Positions 40,803-49,110 of a stretch of DNA of 64,000 bases are shown in pieces. How positions within the stretch are numbered: position 1 is the stretch's first letter; every line of letters begins with the position of its first letter. Made by a program: the position numbers and the translations under genes. The notes under the pieces are model-generated. The model ran no database searches. It was given only the letters and a program-made list of their open reading frames with translations, and had not been told where the DNA came from. Source of the stretch: Obrimoposthia wandeli (Eukaryota); NCBI GenBank assembly GCA_977020255.1, contig CDROCS010000122.1:62001-126000 (forward strand), written 5' to 3'.

Positions 40803-41945
40803 TTACTGAACAGAGATGTATTTGTCGTTAGTCAATAACTCGATAACGATATTTACATTATCACTCACTTGCTTCGCTACACGGCCTGGGAACGCTTCAT
40901 CTAGCTTATCCAACTTGTCATATTCGGTATGCCAAATTTTACCCCACTTGGTTTCCGTACCTTGGTCACAAGCTGTCTTGGTATCAGAATCATAGCAATC
41001 CCACATTTCTGGATTAGTGGTTTGTGAGTAACCATCATATCCATCTGCGCCATTAATATTGAAGTTAGTTGCTTCAACATAAGCAATCGGTATTCCGGCA
41101 CAAGCAAATCCAGCATGGTCAGACCATGAGCCAGTCTCTCCTTCTGGATAACCTTCAAGTGCTGGATGGATAATATATTTCTCATCTTCACCATTTACAT
41201 CTATCGAAGCTTGTAACATAGCATCGCGGAATGTTGACTCTGTTGTATAGTTGGTTTCGTTGAGGCCTATAGATTCACACTCACGCTTATATTCATTATA
41301 ATCAGAATGGGCAGCATGAACATAAACGATATCACCACCGCCAACTGTGTCATAGTTGATCATACCTATAACGTTATCTAGTTCGTCGTTATCAATGGCA
41401 TTTTTAACATAATACAATGAACCGTTAAGACCATTCTCTTCAGCACCAGGAAATAATATACGGACGTTATATGGCAGATCGGTTAGTTGAAGTTTTTCAG
41501 CAATTGCAATTGCGGCAGCAAGGCCTGCTCCATTGTCTGTCGCCCCTAAAGAGCCATGGTCTGACCCCGTAGAGTCATAGTGGGCAGAAAGCACAATCGT
41601 TTTATCCTGAGCTCCCTTCTTTTCAAGAATATAATTATTAGAAATAAATGTGGTATCAACACCATCCACTTCTTTAATATAAGTAAAGGGCTGAATCGTT
41701 ACATCATAACCAAACCCTGTTAGCTTATCGTATATCCATGCACCTGTTTCGAGTTCTTGTTGTGTGCTTGCTTCTCGAGCGCCTATGCCTTGTGTTTCAT
41801 CAGCAATTTCGACCAAATAATCCATCGCTTTTGCGCCATAATCAATCTCTGCTGTTTTACCTTCTTCGTTATTATTATCGTTATTACAACCAGCAAGAGT
41901 AAGCGCTACCGCCAATGCGGAGAAGTAAAAAATTCCATTTTTCAT
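40803..41945 (-). CDS. M28 aminopeptidase lipoprotein, Iap-like
   Basis: Lipobox LAGC, AHYD, GATDNGAG, GAEE, NYD, SDH. Confidence 0.88.
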   Translation of the reverse strand: MKNGIFYFSALAVALTLAGCNNDNNNEEGKTAEIDYGAKAMDYLVEIADETQGIGAREASTQQELETGAWIYDKLTGFGYDVTIQPFTYIKEVDGVDTTFISNNYILEKKGAQDKTIVLSAHYDSTGSDHGSLGATDNGAGLAAAIAIAEKLQLTDLPYNVRILFPGAEENGLNGSLYYVKNAIDNDELDNVIGMINYDTVGGGDIVYVHAAHSDYNEYKRECESIGLNETNYTTESTFRDAMLQASIDVNGEDEKYIIHPALEGYPEGETGSWSDHAGFACAGIPIAYVEATNFNINGADGYDGYSQTTNPEMWDCYDSDTKTACDQGTETKWGKIWHTEYDKLDKLDEAFPGRVAKQVSDNVNIVIELLTNDKYISVQ

Positions 41946-42378
41946 GATCGTACCTTCTATTTATTATTGGCATATAAAAAACCATGGGTATTATCTGCAA
42001 TATTGGGTATACAACTGTGATATCCATCGTATTTAAATTTAAATTGTGATATTTGTTATTAAGGTGTGTGTCACATCACTTTTACTGAATAATCAATCTA
42101 ATTGACCGTCATCATTATTACTTTGAAAAAATATTCATTTATTATTCAGTTGATACACATGCTTTACTGGATTTATTTAACACCTATGTTGCTATAGATA
42201 ACTTATGTGTTAAGTAATGAAAGACAAAAATATATTTTATTTCTATTTAAATTTCGGTGGGTCGAAATTATTGGGTATTATCTTATTCGATTCAACAGAA
42301 CCGCGTTGACAACAAAGCTAGAAATTGAAAGGGTAAGTTTGCTAACACATCCGTTGCAGCCATCACGGAAAGATAACT

Positions 42379-43011
42379 ATGAACAATGATAATTGTTACT
42401 TTTACGAGCCGAGTAAAGGTCATGGACTGCCCCATGATCCATTAAATGCAATTGTAGGTCCGCGACCAATAGGTTGGATCTCATCTAGAAATTCACAAGG
42501 GCAACGAAACCTTGCACCCTACAGTTTTTTCAACTGCTTTAATTATCACCCACCGATTATAGGCTTTACTAGTGTTGGCTGGAAAGATAGTGTTGCTAAT
42601 ATTGCCGAAACCAAAGAATTCATTTGGAATTTAACCACCAAAGAACTTGCCGAGAAAATGAATCAAAGCTCGGTCGCTTTATCTAATGAATCTGATGAAT
42701 TTGAGTTTGCAGACTTAACGCCTTTAGAAGGAGAAGTTGTAGCAGCTGACAGAGTAGCTGAAAGCCCAGTTAATTTTGAATGTAAGCTAACGCAGCTGAT
42801 CCAGTTGAAAGATATTAATGGTGAAAAGCTCGATACCTGGTTAGTACTCGGAGAAGTCGTCGCCGTGCATATCGCTAAGCATTTAATTAACTCAGACGGT
42901 GTTTACCAAACAGCATTAGCCGAGCCAGTGTTACGTGCAGGTGGTCCCTCTGCTTATTACAGCATTACAGAAAATAATCGCTTCGATTTACAACGCCCGA
43001 AAAAGCCTTAA
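42379..43011 (+). CDS. Flavin reductase-like FMN-binding protein
   Basis: PRPIGWISS...NLAPYSFFN, VAESPVNFEC. Confidence 0.9.
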   Translation: MNNDNCYFYEPSKGHGLPHDPLNAIVGPRPIGWISSRNSQGQRNLAPYSFFNCFNYHPPIIGFTSVGWKDSVANIAETKEFIWNLTTKELAEKMNQSSVALSNESDEFEFADLTPLEGEVVAADRVAESPVNFECKLTQLIQLKDINGEKLDTWLVLGEVVAVHIAKHLINSDGVYQTALAEPVLRAGGPSAYYSITENNRFDLQRPKKP

Positions 43012-43102
43012 CTTAACTGTTTGCTGAAGCGCTCAAACAACATAGGGATTTCATAGTAAGGAGTATTGAAACGCCTTACTATGAACAGGTAGATTTTCAG
43101 TA

Positions 43103-43387
43103 TTATTCTTTGATTACGCCAGCAACTTTAGTTTGATCCACACCGATGATGCGATTTAACACACCAAGGAATGATGAGGTATCCGAAACCGTCGATTTAA
43201 CCGTAACGATTTCAGCATTGTTGGGTACTAGATCCATTGCTCGCTCTTGAGTATCACCACCAGGGAATTGCAAAAACAGCACATTGACACTTTCTGCATG
43301 CGCATCAAACGTTTTGTCTGTTTGATGAATACCAGAGCAGCCAGACAAACCTAAAGCAATTAGAGACAGTAATAATAATTTTTTCAT
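43103..43387 (-). CDS. Small hypothetical lipoprotein
   Basis: Lipobox LSGC. Confidence 0.75.
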   Translation of the reverse strand: MKKLLLLSLIALGLSGCSGIHQTDKTFDAHAESVNVLFLQFPGGDTQERAMDLVPNNAEIVTVKSTVSDTSSFLGVLNRIIGVDQTKVAGVIKE

Positions 43388-43545
43388 TTTTAATCCATTT
43401 GAAATACAATAAAACGATGTATTATTAAGCCATTAAAAGTAATTAGTTGCAACGTATAAGTTAAAGTTTGATGAAAAAATTTTGGGGAGTTAGAAACAAA
43501 AAAGGCCGCCAGTTGGCAGCCTTTCGAAAAATCGTCGTTAAAATG

Positions 43546-43701
43546 TTATTTTTCGTTTCTACATCCATACTTGTCACAAGTAACTTTTTCTGTTGAGGCT
43601 ACCCAATGCTTTGAACGTACTTTTGTGTTGATGCGACATCCTGTAACTCCACCTTTAATTCCTTTATGTACGATATTTGTTGGGGTGTGTTTTACAGTCA
43701 T
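43546..43701 (-). CDS. 51-aa His/Cys-rich small protein
   Basis: MTVKHTPTNIVHKGIKGGVTGCRINTKVRSKHWVASTEKVTCDKYGCRNEK; AAGGA RBS; terminator-like hairpin at 43495-43524. Confidence 0.75.
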   Translation of the reverse strand: MTVKHTPTNIVHKGIKGGVTGCRINTKVRSKHWVASTEKVTCDKYGCRNEK

Positions 43702-43730
43702 TTTTGAATCCTTTTGGGTGATTAGATAAA

Positions 43731-43857
43731 CGTTATGGATAATGAATATTCGAGGGGAAGCAAGTATCAGATGCAACAGTCATGACTTGATTCATTTAGC
43801 ACTGACAAACTTAAAAAGGTTATTTTCACAGGAGTGTTTTAGCTTGCAGTAAGACAA
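43731..43857 (-). pseudogene. tnsA: tnsA 5' remnant (copy A)
   Basis: KLKHS..NLFKFVSAK/NQVMTV/DTCFPLEYS across an indel; homologous to copy B. Confidence 0.8.
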
Positions 43858-43870
43858 AATAAAGCCGCTA

Positions 43871-43947
43871 ATTTGTTGTTTTACTACAACAAAAATAGCC
43901 TATACAAGGTATTAGAGGATATATGTAGGTTTATGATAAAAACACCA
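43871..43947 (-). mobile_element. Tn7-like right end, copy A (one TnsB-type site deleted)
   Basis: TGGTGTTTTTATCATAAACCTACATAT; 29 bp identical to copy B; tnsA remnant lies inside it. Confidence 0.75.
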
Positions 43948-43951
43948 AACA

Positions 43952-44065
43952 TGTTACCTACGGCATAAACTGACATAATGCCACTAAACTGCCAGCATGT
44001 TAACACAATATCGGCACCATTAGTTGGCATAATGTGAAGCATATCTCAACATAAACTAAGATTAA
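43952..44065 (+). mobile_element. Tn7-like left-end candidate
   Basis: TGTTACCTACGG-CATAAACTGACATAAT, then spaced sites CCATTAGTTGGCATAAT (44017-44033) and CAACATAAACT. Confidence 0.65.
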
Positions 44066-44099
44066 CAACGATAACAGTTACCAGATTTCGACTGGTATT

Positions 44100-44235
44100 C
44101 CACAAATCATCCGCAATTAAATCACTCGCTTTATTGTTTTGGCGATAATGGTGTTGTTTGCTATCTGGAATAACCAATTTGATTAAGATCTCTTAGACAT
44201 CGTTAAATTCGCGACTTTGATCCGCAAAAAAACTT
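44100..44235 (-). pseudogene. Eroded ECF sigma factor (SigZ-like) fragment
   Basis: Frame-hopping peptides FLRIKVAN / DV*EILIK / WLFQIANNTII / RQNNKASDLIADDLW. Confidence 0.55.
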
Positions 44236-44350
44236 CAATCATGTCTTCCTCAAACGGATGTTTCGTTGTTGATATCTTCTTCACCCATTAAGAATATTTG
44301 GTTCTATGATTGATAAGGTTAATGATGAATACATTTAAGAAGGAGATGTC

Positions 44351-45055
44351 ATGTTACATCAATTAGTGCTATTTCTTATGGCTCCAGTATTGTTACCTCA
44401 AGGGATTTATATACGTAAATCAACGCCTAAATTAAAAGAGGCGGCAGGTCCACGTCATGGCATTGAAGGACAAGGTAAGTCTCTTCGTCTACTGATTATT
44501 GGCGATTCTTCTGCGGCAGGGGTTGGCGTTGAACATCAATCAAAGGCATTATCAGGGCAACTTATTAGCGCGCTATGTGATCAGTTTAGAATAGATTGGC
44601 AGTTAATCGCTAAAACGGGAGTTACTACAAAGAAAGTATGGCGAAAGCTTTCAGAACACCCTAAGCAAGATTACGACATTATTATTGTCTCTTTAGGGGT
44701 GAACGATGTGACGTCGCAATTGAGTTCAAGAGAATGGATGAAACAACAAAAACACCTCATTGCTCAGTTACGTGATTATTTTTCTTGCCAACAAATTATT
44801 CTCACCAAGATCCCTCCGATGGATAAGTTTCCTGCGCTTCCCAACCCGCTTCGTTGGTATTTAGGCAGTAAAGCCAAAGCCTTTAATCGAAAGCTTGCAC
44901 TCTGGGTTTCTACTCAAAGTGATTGCGAAATAATTACCATTGAGCATCAATTAGAACCTAATCAAATGGCGAGTGATGGATTCCATCCCGGAGCTGAGAT
45001 CTACCAACACTGGGGAAATACTACAGCTCAAACCATTAAAGCACGCTGGTTATAA
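44351..45055 (+). CDS. SGNH/GDSL hydrolase
   Basis: GDSSAAG, GVND, DGFHP blocks. Confidence 0.92.
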   Translation: MLHQLVLFLMAPVLLPQGIYIRKSTPKLKEAAGPRHGIEGQGKSLRLLIIGDSSAAGVGVEHQSKALSGQLISALCDQFRIDWQLIAKTGVTTKKVWRKLSEHPKQDYDIIIVSLGVNDVTSQLSSREWMKQQKHLIAQLRDYFSCQQIILTKIPPMDKFPALPNPLRWYLGSKAKAFNRKLALWVSTQSDCEIITIEHQLEPNQMASDGFHPGAEIYQHWGNTTAQTIKARWL

Positions 45056-45073
45056 CTATAGGTTTAGGTAACA

Positions 45074-45129
45074 ACAAAAATAGCTTATGCATACTTATAG
45101 CGCCAAGTATGCAGACCTATCACCAACGC
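45074..45129 (-). mobile_element. Tn7-like right end, copy C (truncated)
   Basis: Sites GATAGGTCTGCATAC and TATAAGTATGCATAA 22 bp apart as in copy B; GGTG terminus-like sequence and AACGC flank retained. Confidence 0.7.
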
Positions 45130-45373
45130 AATTTGAACACCTCGTTATATATCTATGTGAAGAGTAATTTCACATAGGTGCTTTAGATTACGTAATTCAA
45201 CACGAATTGAACCCGTAATATCAAGATTTAGAGCTACAAAATCCCACTCAATTGTGACTTTAATTCTCTTCTCTAAAAAGCAAAAAACTCCCCAGCACTA
45301 AGTACCAGAGAGTTTTACTGTAAACCTAATTATTAATCTAGCGACTAACTAACGTGATTAGTTAAACTGGAGA

Positions 45374-46978
45374 TTATTTAACTTGGTTAGTCGATACCTG
45401 AGGTTTATCAACTTCCGTCAATAACCCTTTAAACAGGCTCACACTGCCCAACAGAAGAATAATCGTAAACGGCATTGCTGCAATAATGGTGATTGATTGC
45501 AGAGCTTGAATAGATTGAGTGCCACCAATCCACAACATAACCATTGCGATAGCACCAGAGATAACAGCCCAAACTACTTTCTGCTTAACGGGTACTTCTA
45601 ACTTACCACCCGCAGTCATGCCATCAATAACAATAGAACCCGAATCTAATGTTGTCACAAAGAAAACGATAATCAGTGCTACAGCAATAAAGGATAGAAT
45701 ATCCCCGTACGGGTAAGCATCTAGCATATGGAACAAGCTTAGAGATACATCGGTAATCCCTTGATCTACACCTAATTTCCCAACTTTATCTATTACTTGT
45801 TGAATAGCAACGCCACCGAAGATTGACATCCAAGCCGTTGTTACCATTGTCGGAATAAGCATTACACAAAGAAGGAATTCGCGAACGGTGCGACCTCTAG
45901 ATATACGAGCTACAAACATACCAAAGAAAGGTGCATACGCAACCCACCACGCCCAATAGAACACAGTCCAACCATGCAACCACGTTGTATCATCACGACC
46001 CGAGGTTTGGCTTAACGGAATAATATTTTTCACATAACCCGTTACAGCGGTTACTAAGGAATCCAATACTGTAGTGAAATTCAAAACAGCAATAAGGCCA
46101 AGAAATATAAATGCAATGACCATATTTAGGTTGCTGAGAAACTTAACCCCGCCATCCATACCACGCAGAACAGAAATAATGGCTAAGCCCATAATCAATA
46201 CGATAATGGACTGTTGAAGGTAGATATTATTTTCCATTCCGAAAACATGGCTGATACCACTAGCCGCCTGTGTGCCCCCTAAACCAAGAGAAGTCGCTAG
46301 GCCAAACAAAGTAACTAATACCGTTAAGATATCAATCACATCACCTGTTTTCCCCCAAACTCGATCGCCTAATAATGGGTAAAACACAGAGCGCATTGAG
46401 AGTGGCAACCCTTTATTGTAAACAAAATAGGCAAGGCAAAGTGCTGTCATGCCATAGATAGCCCATGCATGTAAGCCCCAATGGAAGACGGTTGCGCCTA
46501 ATGCCAGTTCACGCCCTGCCTCTGTAAAAGGTTCTACATTAAGCGGAGTTCCAAACCAGTTAGTAAAGAACGCGGTTGGTTCAGCAACACCCCAAAAAAT
46601 AAGTCCAATGCCCATACCTGCAGCGAATAACATTGAAATCCAAGAGGCTTTCGAATAATCAGGAGTCGCTCCTTCCCCGCCTAAGCGAATTTTACCTAAA
46701 GGTGAAAACGCTATAATAATGGCAAAGATTAACAAGATGTTGGCTCCCCACATAAAGAGGAAGTCAAAATTTGATAGCACAGCACCCTTAATGGAATCAA
46801 TAGCTGCTTTTGCATCTACTGGCGGTAATGCGAGAAGGGTGACAATGAAGAGAATAGATAAGCCGACTGAGGCTACGAAAACTGTGTTATGGACATCCAT
46901 GCCCCATTTACTGATGTTATCTTGACCAACTTGATAATCAGTAGAATCGATACTGTACTTTTTTGATTTAAAACCCAT
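45374..46978 (-). CDS. BCCT (betaine/choline/carnitine) transporter
   Basis: LFAAGMGIGL, FHWGLHAWAIY, WTVFYWAWW, FFVTTLDSG. Confidence 0.95.
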   Translation of the reverse strand: MGFKSKKYSIDSTDYQVGQDNISKWGMDVHNTVFVASVGLSILFIVTLLALPPVDAKAAIDSIKGAVLSNFDFLFMWGANILLIFAIIIAFSPLGKIRLGGEGATPDYSKASWISMLFAAGMGIGLIFWGVAEPTAFFTNWFGTPLNVEPFTEAGRELALGATVFHWGLHAWAIYGMTALCLAYFVYNKGLPLSMRSVFYPLLGDRVWGKTGDVIDILTVLVTLFGLATSLGLGGTQAASGISHVFGMENNIYLQQSIIVLIMGLAIISVLRGMDGGVKFLSNLNMVIAFIFLGLIAVLNFTTVLDSLVTAVTGYVKNIIPLSQTSGRDDTTWLHGWTVFYWAWWVAYAPFFGMFVARISRGRTVREFLLCVMLIPTMVTTAWMSIFGGVAIQQVIDKVGKLGVDQGITDVSLSLFHMLDAYPYGDILSFIAVALIIVFFVTTLDSGSIVIDGMTAGGKLEVPVKQKVVWAVISGAIAMVMLWIGGTQSIQALQSITIIAAMPFTIILLLGSVSLFKGLLTEVDKPQVSTNQVK

Positions 46979-47242
46979 AAATTATGATGTTCACATATCC
47001 GAATCAACGAATATAAGGACCAACTCCATATCCAATTACTACTTGATTAGCTAGCCGCACCATATAAACAAACATGATAAAAATCACCGCTGTCGGTGAT
47101 TAATGGCTTTTTGCTCAATCCCAAGCGGCGTATTGTAACACAAAATGGCGATCCTTGATTAGATGTTAGCCAGTTGCTTTAGGGCTTCTCTGTCTGCAAT
47201 CATCACAAATGGCTCAAATCTATCCGCGCTACTGCTATCTAA

Positions 47243-47582
47243 TCAATGCTTGTAACTCAAGCCAGAGTAACGATGAAGAAGTTTGAGGTTATTAAGGACG
47301 GGATTTACCCTGATTTGTTTCTCTGTGATTAATACCAAAGGAATACCCAGTTCGCCTGCCTTTTGTTGCTACGCTGGAAAACGCAATTGAAAATCCTCTT
47401 TCAATTATTTTGAAATCTGGCGTATATGGGCAATAAAAAACGCTATCGATGATGAATATTCGAGGTGAAAGCAAATATCGAACTCAAGATATGACTCAAC
47501 TGTCATGACTTGATTTGCCTTTGTGCTAACAAACTTAAAAAGGCTCTTTGACGTGGGAGTGTTTTAGCTTTCGGCGGTACAT
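47243..47582 (-). pseudogene. tnsA: tnsA pseudogene (copy B), type I-F3 CAST-like
   Basis: MYRRKLKHSHVK/LFKFVSTKANQVMTVESYLEFDICFHLEYS/PYTPDFKI/QKAGELGIPLVLITEKQIRVNPVLNNLKLLHRYSG; frameshifts, a stop, and the EVK catalytic segment is missing. Confidence 0.9.
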
Positions 47583-47595
47583 AATAGACCAGCCC

Positions 47596-47694
47596 ATTTG
47601 TTGTTTTACTACAACAAAAATAGCTTATGCAGACTTATAGTGCAATTTATGCAGGGTAGTAGGGAAGATATGCAGGATTATGGTGAAAACACCA
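47596..47694 (-). mobile_element. Tn7-like right end, copy B, adjacent to ffs
   Basis: Three contiguous sites (47668-47682, 47647-47661, 47625-47639; consensus YATAA-N2-CTG-CATAA) between the ffs 3' end and tnsA; the exact terminus is ambiguous (TGT 47691 or TGG 47694). Confidence 0.8.
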
Positions 47695-47704
47695 AACGCT
47701 AGAT

Positions 47705-47820
47705 GGGTGGAAGCCCCCACCAGCCACATCCCGGCACACACGTCACCTGCTGCGGTTGCTCCCTTCCGGGTCTGGCCGAGTTCACAGGTTAGTGTTGCGG
47801 GAGGACCAATGGGGGCCTCC
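47705..47820 (-). ncRNA. ffs: 4.5S SRP RNA
   Basis: GGAGGCCCCC...CCGGAAGGGAGCA...GTGTGCCGGGATGTGGCTGGTGGGGGCTTCC; GGAA tetraloop, paired ends; ybaZ-ybaY-tesB synteny. Confidence 0.97.
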
Positions 47821-47855
47821 ATAGATTCTTTCAGTTCTTCTTGAGAACGGGAAGG

Positions 47856-47884
47856 ATTATCTACCAAGGCTTCATACAATGCAA
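47856..47884 (-). promoter_or_regulatory. ffs sigma70 promoter
   Basis: TTGCAT-17 nt-GATAAT. Confidence 0.65.
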
Positions 47885-47978
47885 GGTGTTATATCACTTC
47901 ACCGAACCAACTGCTGAATTATCACTCAAAGTGATTTATTATGGTTAAAAAGTAATTACAAATCAGTGAGGTATCGCC

Positions 47979-48710
47979 CTAGACTTCTTCAGGGTCTTCC
48001 AGTAGATATTCACCTAATAATGCCCCACCCAGAATCAATAGCCATGCAACTAAAACAGGGTTGGGCACGTCAAACTGCGGCACAATCACTAATGTAGCAA
48101 ACCCTACTGCGGGTAATACCCAAGCCAAGCGAGGCACCCAATCTCCGACCTTGACCTTTTTCATGCCCTGCAGTGCAGCAATTACCCCTGTGATACACAA
48201 GGCAACTAACGCTGCATGCTGTAATCCCCCAACCCATAACGGCACCACTAAAAATAACGGCCACCACGTATTACCTTCTACTGTGCGCCAAGATCGAGCT
48301 GCATACCAAATAATACATACCGCTATAATTTGCACAACGGTGGCACCAACACTACCGGGTAACTTCCCTTCACCTTGCAAAGCCATTAACCCAACGTCCA
48401 TTGCAAGAACAACAGAAACAAGTAATGCGCCTAATTGCCAATTACTTTTAGGCGAGAAAGTCACAGAAAAAATAGGTAACATCATAAAAAGGCTAATTGA
48501 TAATGCTAAAGATTGCCCCGGTAATACGGCACCAAAAGAGGCTAAGCCTATCAATAAAAGCCAAGCAGCGGCTCCACCTTGAGGGAGTAACCACAGTGCA
48601 GGAATCGCTAAAGCGAGTGCGGGAACATCTCCTTGACTATAACCTAGGGCAGTAACTCCTAATACAGTCAAAGCTATGCTGACAAAAATGAGTAACGCGG
48701 CATACAACAT
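47979..48710 (-). CDS. Hypothetical polytopic membrane protein
   Basis: About 8-9 hydrophobic segments, acidic tail. Confidence 0.8.
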   Translation of the reverse strand: MLYAALLIFVSIALTVLGVTALGYSQGDVPALALAIPALWLLPQGGAAAWLLLIGLASFGAVLPGQSLALSISLFMMLPIFSVTFSPKSNWQLGALLVSVVLAMDVGLMALQGEGKLPGSVGATVVQIIAVCIIWYAARSWRTVEGNTWWPLFLVVPLWVGGLQHAALVALCITGVIAALQGMKKVKVGDWVPRLAWVLPAVGFATLVIVPQFDVPNPVLVAWLLILGGALLGEYLLEDPEEV

Positions 48711-48807
48711 GGCAGCACCTCCTTGCGTTATCCGATAGTGTGATCGAAATACATTGAAAACAGCAACTATCGGTCGATATCAAATTTATTTTACATCAGG
48801 TTTAAAT

Positions 48808-49110
48808 ATGGACGATTTTTCAGCTCAAATCTACACCCAAGTACATCAAATTCCATATGGAAAAGTATCTACTTATGGGGAAATAGCTAAATTTTCAGGT
48901 TTTCCTGGTTATGCACGTCATGTTGGGCGCTTAATGGCAACATTACCTGAAGGGTCGAAAATACCTTGGCACCGAGTCGTTAATGCTAAAGGGATGATAT
49001 CGTTAACTGGTAATGATCTGATTCGTCAGCGGGAAAAATTACTTGCAGAAGGTATAGAAGTATCAGAAAGTGGCAAAATATCGCTGCGCCATTACCAGTG
49101 GAACTGGTGA
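48808..49110 (+). CDS. ybaZ: Alkyltransferase-like protein (MGMT family)
   Basis: IPYGKVSTYG, PWHRVVN (Trp in place of Cys). Confidence 0.92.
   Translation: MDDFSAQIYTQVHQIPYGKVSTYGEIAKFSGFPGYARHVGRLMATLPEGSKIPWHRVVNAKGMISLTGNDLIRQREKLLAEGIEVSESGKISLRHYQWNW

Noticed and set aside
40208-40803. Pho box upstream of the pst-like operon
   Set aside because: No 11-bp-period CTGTCAT repeats were found by eye.
43413-43460. AACGA|TGTATTATTAAGCCATTA as a possible outer left end of element A
   Set aside because: Only a 4/5 TSD-like match and poor TnsB-site similarity; the AT-rich DNA is equally explained as the lipoprotein promoter.
43702-43776. N-terminal extension (MHLILASPRIFII...) of the 51-aa protein
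   Set aside because: It runs through tnsA remnant A in an alternative frame; the RBS supports ATG 43701.
45153-45177. CTATGTGAA-N7-TTCACATAG inverted repeat as a CRP site
   Set aside because: The TGTGA/TCACA spacing is 9 bp rather than 6; it is a real palindrome but has no assignable role.
47150-47222. Fragment DRFEPFVMIADREALKQLANI* after tnsA
   Set aside because: It may be the tail of a deleted gene, but I cannot assign it to TnsB, TnsC or any family.
47292-47474. 60-aa ORF in the track as a functional gene
   Set aside because: It is one reading frame through the frameshifted tnsA pseudogene.
43400-47700. CRISPR array, ffs-matching spacer or cas genes belonging to the CAST relics
   Set aside because: No I-F repeat (GTGAACTGCC/GTTCACTGCC-type), no second copy of ffs sequence and no Cas6/7/8 or TniQ motifs were seen. 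The CTGCC hairpin at 43495-43524 is an ordinary terminator.
47625-47879. 84-aa ORF in the track
   Set aside because: It overlaps the SRP RNA and the transposon end, so it is a shadow ORF.
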